From the NCBI RefSeq assembly GCF_000018465.1, contig NC_010085.1:150001-182000 (forward strand): a stretch of 32,000 bases of DNA. The letters run 5' to 3'. A model generated the notes under the pieces. It had not been told where the DNA came from, did no database searches, and was given only the letters and a program-made list of their open reading frames with translations. A program made the translations under genes and the position numbers. The stretch comes from Nitrosopumilus maritimus SCM1 (GTDB lineage Archaea; Thermoproteota; Nitrososphaeria; Nitrososphaerales; Nitrosopumilaceae). Below are positions 8,947 to 16,797 of this stretch, in pieces; within the stretch, counting starts at the first letter, position 1, and each line of letters begins with the position of its first letter.

Positions 8947-9906
8947 ATGAATAAATCAAAAATTATTTTAATTGGGACCTCCTCCATAATGGAATTTCAT
9001 ATTCAAGCTTTGAGAAAATCTGGTTTGAATCCTATTGCGATTGCTTCATCAAATCCAAACTCATTAACATATGAAAAATTTGCTAAAAAAAATAAAATCT
9101 CAAAAACATTTCAAAATTGGAAGGATATGGTGAAAAATGAAAACTATGATGGGATATTAATTGCAACTAAAATTGAATGTACTTTTGAAATTTTGAATTT
9201 CTGTTTAAAAAAAAATGTTCCTATTTTAGTTGAAAAACCAGTTGGTTTTAATTCTATAAAATTGAAAAAAATTATTCAAAAATCACATGGAATGGTGATG
9301 GTTGGTTATAATCGAAGATTTTACAAACCTATTAATTATTTGAAAAACCTTTTATTAAAAAATTGTAATCCAGTTATAGCAAATATGGTAGTTCCAGAAA
9401 TTCCTGGAGAAAAAAATTTTTATTCAAATTCTACCCATAGTATAGATATCCTTAGATATATCTTTGGTGAAATAAAATTAGAATTTGTAAAAAAATTAAT
9501 AAAAAATAATAAAATCTTGGGTTTTGTTGCTACTTTTTCAAATCAAAATCAAGACTTGATAAATTTTATTGGAAATTGGAATTCTTCTGACAACTTTTCA
9601 TTATCTCTTTACCAAAATACTAAAAAATTTGAATTAAAACCATTTGAACAACTTAACATATTTGATGGAATTAAAATCATAGAGCCGACTAAAACAAATC
9701 CTATAAGACAATATGTTCCAAAATTACAAAAAACTATCACCTTGGATAAAATGGATGTACTCTTAAAACCCGGATTTTATTTACAGGCAAAAGCTTTTGC
9801 TAAACTCATTAAAACTAGGCAAAAAAATGATTATTCAGCTACGTTATCTGATGCTATGAAAAACCTCGAATTATGTGAGAAATTAATTGGGAAACTTAGA
9901 ATCTAA
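8947..9906 (+). CDS. Gfo/Idh/MocA family oxidoreductase (EKP motif intact, Gly motif degenerate)
   Basis: IILIGTSSIMEFHIQALRKSGLNPIAIASSNPNSL...YDGILIATKIECTFEILNFCLKKNVPILVEKPVGFN...VGYNRRFYKP. Confidence 0.85.
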   Translation: MNKSKIILIGTSSIMEFHIQALRKSGLNPIAIASSNPNSLTYEKFAKKNKISKTFQNWKDMVKNENYDGILIATKIECTFEILNFCLKKNVPILVEKPVGFNSIKLKKIIQKSHGMVMVGYNRRFYKPINYLKNLLLKNCNPVIANMVVPEIPGEKNFYSNSTHSIDILRYIFGEIKLEFVKKLIKNNKILGFVATFSNQNQDLINFIGNWNSSDNFSLSLYQNTKKFELKPFEQLNIFDGIKIIEPTKTNPIRQYVPKLQKTITLDKMDVLLKPGFYLQAKAFAKLIKTRQKNDYSATLSDAMKNLELCEKLIGKLRI

Positions 9907-9977
9907 TCTTTAAAAAACTGTTAATTTGAGCTAATTTTTAAAAAGTTTTTATTGTTTTTCAAATTGCTTGTAACAAT

Positions 9978-10616
9978 ATGAGTACAGTTTCTCCACAAGC
10001 AATTGAAAATTCATTAAAACAATGTATGGATCCTGAAGTTCCACTAAATATTGTTGAGATGGGATTAATCTATGGAATTGATGTGGCAGAAAATAATGAT
10101 GTTAATATCAAAATGACAATGACTACTCAAGGCTGTCCTCTTCATGAAACTCTAGTTTCTGATGCAACAAGATTTGTCAAAAAAGTTCCTGGAGTAAATA
10201 ATGTCAATATTGAGATCGTATGGGACCCTCCCTGGTCAATGGATAAAATGTCTGAAGAGGCAAAAATTAAAATCAAAAACATGGGTGCTGGAATGAATAC
10301 TCCTGCACCAATAAATTATGAAACTGCATTACCTCAAGGTGTTGGAAAACTAGTTCAACAAGAGGATGGTTCTATGGTATTAGCAAACGAACATGATCAA
10401 GGATTTATGGTAAATCAAGCAATAGTTGATTTTTGGAAATCATGTAATGGCCAACGTAAGGTTACTGATTTGGTTGAAATTTTTGCTCAACAAACAGGAC
10501 TACAAAGAAACCAAGTTGAAAAAGAAGTCATGCAATTACTTCAACAATTACGTGATGGTGGACTAATTGCAATTGCTGGACAGCCAGATGCTCCAAATGT
10601 TGAATTTAAAAAATAA
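9978..10616 (+). CDS. MIP18/DUF59 family metal-sulfur cluster assembly protein fused to a C-terminal PqqD-like domain
   Basis: N-terminus: CMDPEVPLNIVEMGLIYGIDV...TMTTQGCPLHETLVSDATRFVKKVPGVNNVNIEIVWDPPWS. C-terminus: NQAIVDFWKSCNGQRKVTDLVEIFAQQTGLQRNQVEKEVMQLLQQLRDGGLI. Confidence 0.85.
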   Translation: MSTVSPQAIENSLKQCMDPEVPLNIVEMGLIYGIDVAENNDVNIKMTMTTQGCPLHETLVSDATRFVKKVPGVNNVNIEIVWDPPWSMDKMSEEAKIKIKNMGAGMNTPAPINYETALPQGVGKLVQQEDGSMVLANEHDQGFMVNQAIVDFWKSCNGQRKVTDLVEIFAQQTGLQRNQVEKEVMQLLQQLRDGGLIAIAGQPDAPNVEFKK

Positions 10617-10618
10617 TT

Positions 10619-11266
10619 TTAGAAAATATAGTTTGAATTTGCACCATCAAAGTTTATTGTAACACCTGACAAGTATTTTATTTTATTTTGAACAATTGAC
10701 TTTACAAAATTTCCAATTTCATCAGGCTCTCCAAGTCTCTTCATAGGTAGTGATTTCTGATATTCTTCTACATTTTCTATTAATTCTTGAGTCCTGTCTG
10801 TGTTAATTGGTCCTGGAGCAATGTTAATACAACTAATTTGATTTTTAGCATATTCTTTACTTAATACTTTGAATATTTCTGCAAATGCTGCACGATATGC
10901 TGATGAAATTATTAATTTTGAATTTGGTTCTTTAATGACACTTGAACTAATTAGAAAAATATATCCTCCATTATTGATTTTGATATTTTGTAAAATTGTT
11001 ACAAATCCTAGGAATAATTGGTTGTGATATAATTTCCAATCATCTTCTGTAATTGTTGCAAATGGTTTTGGTTCTGGACCGCCTGTATTTAGAACCAAAA
11101 TATCTGTTTGATTATGATTTTTTAAAAATTCTCTCACACTGTCCAAATTTGATGTGTCAATGTCATTTTTTGATGCTGCAAAAACATCAATTTCTAATGA
11201 TTTTAGTGATTCAGAGATTGCTTTTCCTATGCCTCTAGAACCCCCTAAAACAATTGCACTAGTCAT
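10619..11266 (-). CDS. Short-chain dehydrogenase/reductase (SDR) family oxidoreductase
   Basis: MTSAIVLGGSRGIGKAISESL, LVLNTGG, C-terminal PGPINTDRT...GVTINFDGA; the YxxxK region is replaced by SAYRAAF. Confidence 0.85.
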   Translation of the reverse strand: MTSAIVLGGSRGIGKAISESLKSLEIDVFAASKNDIDTSNLDSVREFLKNHNQTDILVLNTGGPEPKPFATITEDDWKLYHNQLFLGFVTILQNIKINNGGYIFLISSSVIKEPNSKLIISSAYRAAFAEIFKVLSKEYAKNQISCINIAPGPINTDRTQELIENVEEYQKSLPMKRLGEPDEIGNFVKSIVQNKIKYLSGVTINFDGANSNYIF

Positions 11267-11292
11267 AATATACTCAAAATATTCTTTGATAA

Positions 11293-11532
11293 TTAAATTT
11301 CTTTAATCTCAGTTATTGTTCCTTGAACAGAATCCATCTTAATTATGGCTTTTTTTTCATCCCATCCTAATGCAACATACCAATCACCTGCATCTTCATG
11401 ATATTTTGTTTCTAGAGTTTCAATGGTATCTGGAACTGCATTGTATTTTTTTGCAATGCCTGATACTGCAAGAGCTATTGCATCTTTTTCTTTTTCTAGT
11501 CTTCTTTTCATTAATCCTATTCCAGGACTCAT
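11293..11532 (-). CDS. Small hypothetical protein
   Basis: 79 aa ORF with non-random composition, compactly placed between genes. Confidence 0.55.
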   Translation of the reverse strand: MSPGIGLMKRRLEKEKDAIALAVSGIAKKYNAVPDTIETLETKYHEDAGDWYVALGWDEKKAIIKMDSVQGTITEIKEI

Positions 11533-11650
11533 AAAATTGCTAGATTGTTTTATCTAATATAGTTAATTCTAAAAATTAGCCACAAAGTTAATTTTTCCAA
11601 CTTGATATTTTTACAAGATTTCAAATACTCCTTTTTTCAAGTGCGAATAA

Positions 11651-12244
11651 ATGAGATTAATTCAACGAATTTCAAACTCTACACTTGTAAAATCTGGAAA
11701 TCTTGTACATATCATATGTATTCTATCTGTAATTGGACCTGTCATTACAGTTTCAGCAGGATTTTGGGATGCAATATCTCATCTTCAAAAAGAACCTGAA
11801 TTCTTCTGGAGTCCATCTCACATGATTGTATACACTGGGGTATCAATGACTGCAGTAGCTGCAGTACTAGGTGGCATGTTACTAATTCGAAAATCAGTTC
11901 ATCGTTCTCTAAAAACTGGAATTAAACTAGTAATGATTGGCTCTGTTATTCAAATAATTTCAGGTTTTGGTGATTCGCTATCTCATGAAGTCTATGGAAT
12001 TGATGGATTGATCTCTTGGTCTCATCAACCTTTAGAATTAGGACTTGTTCTTGGCTCCCTAGGTGGTCTGCTAATTTTAAAAAATAGAGAACACACTAAA
12101 CTCAAACTGTTGTTACCTTTCTCAATTGTTACCTTTTTGTTCTTTACAATATGGCTAGGATTTAATCTTGTTCTAATCTTTGGACACACAATTCAATGTA
12201 TTCCAGTCTATGAGATATTCTCATCAGGCTGTGCTATTTTGTAA
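11651..12244 (+). CDS. Multi-pass integral membrane protein of unknown function
   Basis: 197 aa with about 5-6 hydrophobic segments (LVHIICILSVIGPVITVSAGFW; GVSMTAVAAVLGGMLLI; LVLGSLGGLLIL; LLLPFSIVTFLFFTIWLGFNLVLIFG). Confidence 0.7.
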   Translation: MRLIQRISNSTLVKSGNLVHIICILSVIGPVITVSAGFWDAISHLQKEPEFFWSPSHMIVYTGVSMTAVAAVLGGMLLIRKSVHRSLKTGIKLVMIGSVIQIISGFGDSLSHEVYGIDGLISWSHQPLELGLVLGSLGGLLILKNREHTKLKLLLPFSIVTFLFFTIWLGFNLVLIFGHTIQCIPVYEIFSSGCAIL

Positions 12245-12699
12245 TTTTTTATTTTCAAATATGACATTACTATCATAGAAATAGATCCAACTAGAACCAT
12301 TATTCCTGGTGGGATCATCTCTTTTGAATTTGTATTTCCAAATTCTACCTCTAAACTAACTTGATTTTTTGCCAAATTTGTGACTTTTACAGTATACTCT
12401 CCATTCCCAACAAAATCAAAATATCCTACTGACATTCTTGTTTGAATGACTTGCTCCTGAATGACATTGTCACTAATATCTAAAATTTGTACAAATACTT
12501 CTTCTCCTGTAAATTCTGGCATGTGGATTTTGTAAAATCCAATATCCGTACCTGTAACTTGTGACTTTATTTCAAAAGAACTTGTTTGTTTTAGGATTGT
12601 TTCATCATAATTCTTTTCAGTATTTGCAAAAATAATTGAAATCCAAACCATTCCAACAATTACCAAAACCAATCCAATCTTAAATGGCGATATTTTCAC
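12208..12699 (-). CDS. Membrane-anchored extracellular protein of unknown function
   Basis: 163 aa with N-terminal TM (IGLVLVIVGMVWISIIFA), beta-rich middle and C-terminal TM (MIPPGIMVLVGSISMIVMSYL). Confidence 0.7.
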   Translation of the reverse strand: MKISPFKIGLVLVIVGMVWISIIFANTEKNYDETILKQTSSFEIKSQVTGTDIGFYKIHMPEFTGEEVFVQILDISDNVIQEQVIQTRMSVGYFDFVGNGEYTVKVTNLAKNQVSLEVEFGNTNSKEMIPPGIMVLVGSISMIVMSYLKIKNYKIAQPDENIS

Positions 12700-12741
12700 T
12701 TCATTTTTGTGGCAAACTATTTGCTTAATAAGATAATCTAA

Positions 12742-12816
12742 AGGGCTCGGAGGGCTTCGATCCCTCGACCTGGCGGTTCGAAGCCGCCCGCACTATCCAG
12801 GCTGTGCAACGAGTCC
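12742..12816 (-). tRNA. tRNA-Arg (anticodon TCG)
   Basis: Minus strand reads GGACTCG-TT-GCAC-AGCCTGGATA-GTGC-G-GGCGG-CTTCGAA-CCGCC-AGGTC-GAGGG-ATCGAAG-CCCTC-CGAGCCC-T. This is a cloverleaf with T33 and anticodon TCG. One acceptor mismatch (A3-C70), A54 and a T discriminator are unusual. Confidence 0.82.
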
Positions 12817-12860
12817 AAACAAGTAAGAATTTAACGGGCCTAAATATCTGTCTAGATACT

Positions 12861-14036
12861 TTGAAGGTATCAAAAAAAGTAGCAGGTGTAGAGTATGCAA
12901 TTAGAGATATTGTTCTTGCAGCAAGAAAAGTGCAACAAAAAGGAATGCAAGTCGACTATCTCAATATTGGTGATCCTGTCCAATTTGGTTTTCAACCACC
13001 TGATAATGTCAAACAAGCTTTGATTGATGCAATTAACAATGGCGAAAATTACTATTCCACTTCTGAAGGACTTTTAGACTTGCGACAAGAGATTGCTAAA
13101 AAAGAAAATACCAAAGGATTGTCAATTTCTGCTGATGAGATTCTAGTTACAAATGGTGTCTCTGAAGGACTAGATATGGTGATTTCTTCAATTGTAGAAG
13201 AAGGAGATGAAGTACTTCTTCCAGGACCCTATTATCCTCCTTATGCTTCATATGTTAGACTGCATGGTGGGGTACCTGTAGAATTTGCAGTTGACTTGGA
13301 TAATTCTACTCCTGATATTGATGATATAAAATCCAAAATCACTTCAAAGACTGTTGCCATCTGTTTGATTAGTCCAAACAATCCTACTGGTGTTGTATTT
13401 AATGAAAAATCTCTCAGAGAACTAGTAGATATTGCAAATCAACATAATCTCTACATAATTTGTGATGAGATTTATGATCAGATTGTCTTTGATGAAAAAT
13501 TTGTTGGAATTGGTAAAGTTGCAGGAGATTCTCCCGTAATCGTTCTAAATGGTTTTTCTAAAGTCCACTTGATGTCTGGTTGGAGAATTGGCTATATTGC
13601 ATTTAACAATTCACCAAAACTTGATGCAATAAGAGAAAATCTTCCTAAATTAGCTAGGGTGCGTATTGCAACAAGCCTGCCTATTCAACATGCTGCCTTG
13701 GAATCACTACGAGGTCCTCAAGACTATATCTCTAATTTTGTATCTGAAATCAAAAAACGTAGAGACTTGGTTGTAAAACGACTCAATGAAATGCCAGGAT
13801 TATCTTGCCCAAATCCAAAAGGTTCTTTCTATGCATTTCCAAAAATTGAAGACAATAGATTTGGAACAGACAAAGAATTTGTTACAAAACTTTTGGAATC
13901 AAAAGGAGTGTTAACTGTACATGGCTCTGGATTTGGAGAACAATATGGAAGTGGTCATTTCAGACTAGTTTATCTTCCTAGTCTTGAAATTTTAGATTCT
14001 GCAATGAACAAGATTGAAGAGTTTGTTAGTCAGTAA
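12861..14036 (+). CDS. Pyridoxal-phosphate-dependent aminotransferase (alanine/aspartate aminotransferase-like)
   Basis: SPNNPTGVVFNE, CDEIYDQIVFD, NGFSKVHLMSGWRIGY (PLP lysine), GSFYAFPKI. Start placed at TTG 12861 (LKVSKKVAGVEYAIRDIV), because the track ATG at 12804 lies inside the antisense tRNA. Confidence 0.88.
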   Translation: MKVSKKVAGVEYAIRDIVLAARKVQQKGMQVDYLNIGDPVQFGFQPPDNVKQALIDAINNGENYYSTSEGLLDLRQEIAKKENTKGLSISADEILVTNGVSEGLDMVISSIVEEGDEVLLPGPYYPPYASYVRLHGGVPVEFAVDLDNSTPDIDDIKSKITSKTVAICLISPNNPTGVVFNEKSLRELVDIANQHNLYIICDEIYDQIVFDEKFVGIGKVAGDSPVIVLNGFSKVHLMSGWRIGYIAFNNSPKLDAIRENLPKLARVRIATSLPIQHAALESLRGPQDYISNFVSEIKKRRDLVVKRLNEMPGLSCPNPKGSFYAFPKIEDNRFGTDKEFVTKLLESKGVLTVHGSGFGEQYGSGHFRLVYLPSLEILDSAMNKIEEFVSQ

Positions 14037-14431
14037 CTCCACACAGAAACCTTTTCAGGAATAATTTCTATAATACAATCAGTATCCTCTAGTAATTCTT
14101 TAGCTGATTTGTTTTCTATTGTCTTAAAATAACGTAAAAGAATTTTTTTTGCTATAGTTTTTACTTTCTTTTTTTCTGTGATTAGATTTGATTTTCCTTG
14201 TCCCATGACACCGTATATGTTAGGTGCATTAACTCCTGTATCAACACAAAAAGAAACTCTGTTGTTTTTCTTTAGATTCTTTGCTTTTTGAGTTCTGGTG
14301 TTTGTTCCTATGTGGAATTTTTTTCCACTATATCTGTACCACACAGGAACAATATGTGGAGTTTTGTTTTTTCCAATAGTTGCTAAACGCAAAATCTTTT
14401 GTGTTTTTAGAAATTCATCTTTTTTGTTCAT
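14030..14431 (-). CDS. Pyridoxamine 5'-phosphate oxidase-fold (flavin/F420-binding split-barrel) protein
   Basis: LRLATIGKNKTPHIVPVWYRYSGKKFHIGTNTRTQKAKNLKKNNRVSFCVD. Confidence 0.8.
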   Translation of the reverse strand: MNKKDEFLKTQKILRLATIGKNKTPHIVPVWYRYSGKKFHIGTNTRTQKAKNLKKNNRVSFCVDTGVNAPNIYGVMGQGKSNLITEKKKVKTIAKKILLRYFKTIENKSAKELLEDTDCIIEIIPEKVSVWSY

Positions 14432-14648
14432 GTTTTCTAAATCCTAATGCTATCATAAAAATACCAAATGCCAACATTGCCATAGAGACTTTTTCATTAG
14501 TAATTTCCCCATTAAACAAAAAATCTCCAACAAATTCTGGTCCCCATATCAGTAATTGTCTGATTAAAACAATTCCTGCCATAACAGAAAATAAAACGCC
14601 TATGGCAGTATACCAATTTCTGCCTCGCCTATAATACTCGTGGCTCAT
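14415..14648 (-). CDS. Small two-TM membrane protein of unknown function
   Basis: 77 aa with two hydrophobic segments. Its 3' end overlaps the start of the downstream PNPOx-like gene by 17 nt. Confidence 0.65.
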   Translation of the reverse strand: MSHEYYRRGRNWYTAIGVLFSVMAGIVLIRQLLIWGPEFVGDFLFNGEITNEKVSMAMLAFGIFMIALGFRKHEQKR

Positions 14649-14663
14649 GATAAAAGAACAGAC

Positions 14664-15335
14664 TTAGATAATTTTGATTCCGGGATTTTTTATTTTGTTT
14701 TGAATCATTGCATTGAGTAACAATGGAGTTGACATTTCTGCCAAGTATGATAGTTCTATTGGTCCCAAGTAAATTGATCTTAATCCCCTTATCTCATCAA
14801 TTAGTGTATTCACAACACCTACTGCTTCTTTGTCATCTCCACAAACAAAAATGTCATAATCTAACTCTAAAGTTGGATTGACAAGTTTTTTCTCAGAGAT
14901 TACATGAAATGCTGATACTAGTTTTGATTTATTCTTCATATGATTTGATACAAGTTTGTATGAGAATGGTTTGTTGTCTTTAATTGAAACACACTCAAAC
15001 CCAACATCTGTTTTAGTCATTGGAACAATTGGTGATACTACAACACAATTGTCATTTACTTCTGGCAATATTCCAGAACACACTGAATCAATGTTCTCAT
15101 ATGGAATTGATAAAATTAACACATCACTTTCTTTTGCAACTGAAACATTGTCGTTTCCAGAAATACTTCCTTTAATTTCTCCAAATGCTTCTTTTGCCAA
15201 GTTTGTATATTCTACAGCTGATTCTGATGCTCTTGTAGCATCTCTAGAGCCAACTATTACATCATGATTTTGAGACCATCTTAATGCAAAACCTTTGCCC
15301 ATTCCGCCTGTACCGCCAATAATTCCTACTTTCAT
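14664..15335 (-). CDS. npdG: NADPH-dependent F420 reductase (F420H2:NADP oxidoreductase)
   Basis: MKVGIIGGTGGMGKGFALRWSQNHDVIVGSRD, VLILSIPYENI, VVSPIVPMT, AFHVISEKKL, FVCGDDKEAV. Confidence 0.88.
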   Translation of the reverse strand: MKVGIIGGTGGMGKGFALRWSQNHDVIVGSRDATRASESAVEYTNLAKEAFGEIKGSISGNDNVSVAKESDVLILSIPYENIDSVCSGILPEVNDNCVVVSPIVPMTKTDVGFECVSIKDNKPFSYKLVSNHMKNKSKLVSAFHVISEKKLVNPTLELDYDIFVCGDDKEAVGVVNTLIDEIRGLRSIYLGPIELSYLAEMSTPLLLNAMIQNKIKNPGIKII

Positions 15336-15386
15336 GAATTAACTACAGATAATGTTATTATTATCTCTATTTGAATTTCGATTAGA

Positions 15387-16010
15387 TTGGGCCAAATAAT
15401 TTTCCTAAGACACGGTCAGGCAAAAAATAACACTGATAGAATATTGGCAGGTAGAACTGAAGGTGTGCCTTTAACTGATGTTGGTGAACAACAAGCACAA
15501 CATACTGCTGAACTACTTGAACACATGAACATCTCTGCAATTTACTCTAGTCCTATCCAAAGAGCAAAACATACTGCAGAAATCGTTGGAAAACACAACT
15601 CTATTGATGTTACAATTGATGATCGATTAATTGAACTTGATATGGGAAAATTTACTGGCATGGCATATGATGAAATTTTTAATGATCATGGAAACGTCTT
15701 TATGAAATTCTATCAAGGTGATCTTGAAATTGCTCATAATGGAGTAGAAACTTTTGATGAAGTCAAAAAAAGAGTTTTAGGAATTGTAGACCATGTAATT
15801 GAAAATCATCCTAATCAAAATGTTGTATTGGTTACTCATATGGATCCTATCAAGGCAATGTTGTCTACAGTAGTGGATCTATCGCCTACTAACCTCTTTG
15901 AGTTAATCATAGCAAATGCGTCTCTGAATCTCTTCAGGGAGAACAATCGAAAGTTCTCGATTTCCGGACTTAACGTAATGCACCCAACACGTTTCGATCA
16001 AGGTTGGTAG
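15387..16010 (+). CDS. Histidine phosphatase (phosphoglycerate mutase-like) family protein
   Basis: IIFLRHGQAKNNTDRILAGRTEGVPLTDVGEQQAQ (RHG motif), SSPIQRAKHTAEI, VTHMDPI. Confidence 0.9.
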   Translation: MGQIIFLRHGQAKNNTDRILAGRTEGVPLTDVGEQQAQHTAELLEHMNISAIYSSPIQRAKHTAEIVGKHNSIDVTIDDRLIELDMGKFTGMAYDEIFNDHGNVFMKFYQGDLEIAHNGVETFDEVKKRVLGIVDHVIENHPNQNVVLVTHMDPIKAMLSTVVDLSPTNLFELIIANASLNLFRENNRKFSISGLNVMHPTRFDQGW

Positions 16011-16029
16011 CTAATAATCTTGAAAACCC

Positions 16030-16037
16030 TTAAATAG
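16030..16037 (+). promoter_or_regulatory. Putative TATA box (TTAAATAG) for the terminal oxidase operon
   Basis: TTAAATAG about 30 nt upstream of the ATG at 16066. Confidence 0.5.
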
Positions 16038-16065
16038 AAATCAAAGGTCACGACATTCATTCACT

Positions 16066-16326
16066 ATGAAGGGTATAGTCGGGTTATTCTTAGTATTGGC
16101 AGTTATGGTAATAGTTCCTGCAGTAGAATACGCATTTGCTGCAGGTGATGAACCTGGTGAATATCTTGATCGTAGAGTAGTAATTTGGAACTTATTCTTT
16201 AGAATGATGACTATTGCATTTGTTGTAGGTGCAGTTGTATCAGGTACTATGATTTGGCAAGTTTGGAGATTTAGAGAATCTCATCCAAAAGCAAAACCAA
16301 CACCATATGAGGGGACTGACTGGTAG
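16066..16326 (+). CDS. Heme-copper oxidase subunit II, N-terminal part (signal plus TM1)
   Basis: Signal-like N-terminus, then VVIWNLFFRMMTIAFVVGAVVSGTMIWQVWRFRE, matching CoxB TM1, directly upstream of the CuA-domain gene. Confidence 0.75.
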   Translation: MKGIVGLFLVLAVMVIVPAVEYAFAAGDEPGEYLDRRVVIWNLFFRMMTIAFVVGAVVSGTMIWQVWRFRESHPKAKPTPYEGTDW

Positions 16327-16328
16327 AA

Positions 16329-16760
16329 ATGGGTGGACATTCTAACTGGCCTGAATGGATTTACGTTGGTGTTGTAATTGCTATCATGTGTTGGGTTGGT
16401 GCTGAAGCTTGGGAAGCAGAAAGACTAGTTGAGCATGTCCCTGAAGGTGCTGAAATTATCAAAGTAACCGGACAACAATGGTTCTGGACTTTTGAACATG
16501 AAGATGGTACTAAAGAAATTGGTGAATTACATGTTGAAAAAGGCAAAGCCTACAAATTTGAAATTCATTCAACTGATGTAAATCACTCTTTTAACATTCA
16601 CGATTATGTTGTTTTAATGGATGCAATTCCTGGTAGAGTTAACACTGTATGGTTTGCACCAACTGATGTTGGAGAACATGATATTCAATGTAGAGAATAT
16701 TGTGGATTAATTCACTATAACATGCGTGGAACGTTAATTGTGGAGGAACCACACTCTTGA
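16329..16760 (+). CDS. Cytochrome c oxidase subunit II, TM2 plus CuA domain
   Basis: IIKVTGQQWFWTFEHEDG and CuA ligands CREYCGLIHYNM (CxxxCxxxHxxM). Confidence 0.93.
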   Translation: MGGHSNWPEWIYVGVVIAIMCWVGAEAWEAERLVEHVPEGAEIIKVTGQQWFWTFEHEDGTKEIGELHVEKGKAYKFEIHSTDVNHSFNIHDYVVLMDAIPGRVNTVWFAPTDVGEHDIQCREYCGLIHYNMRGTLIVEEPHS

Positions 16761-16797
16761 TAACGCTTTTATCCGAATCACTGGAGGGAATTAACTA

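Noticed and set aside
12804-12860. ATG start at 12804 for the aminotransferase
   Set aside because: It begins inside tRNA-Arg (antisense). Homology-like sequence begins at TTG 12861 (LKVSKKVAGVEYAIRDIV).
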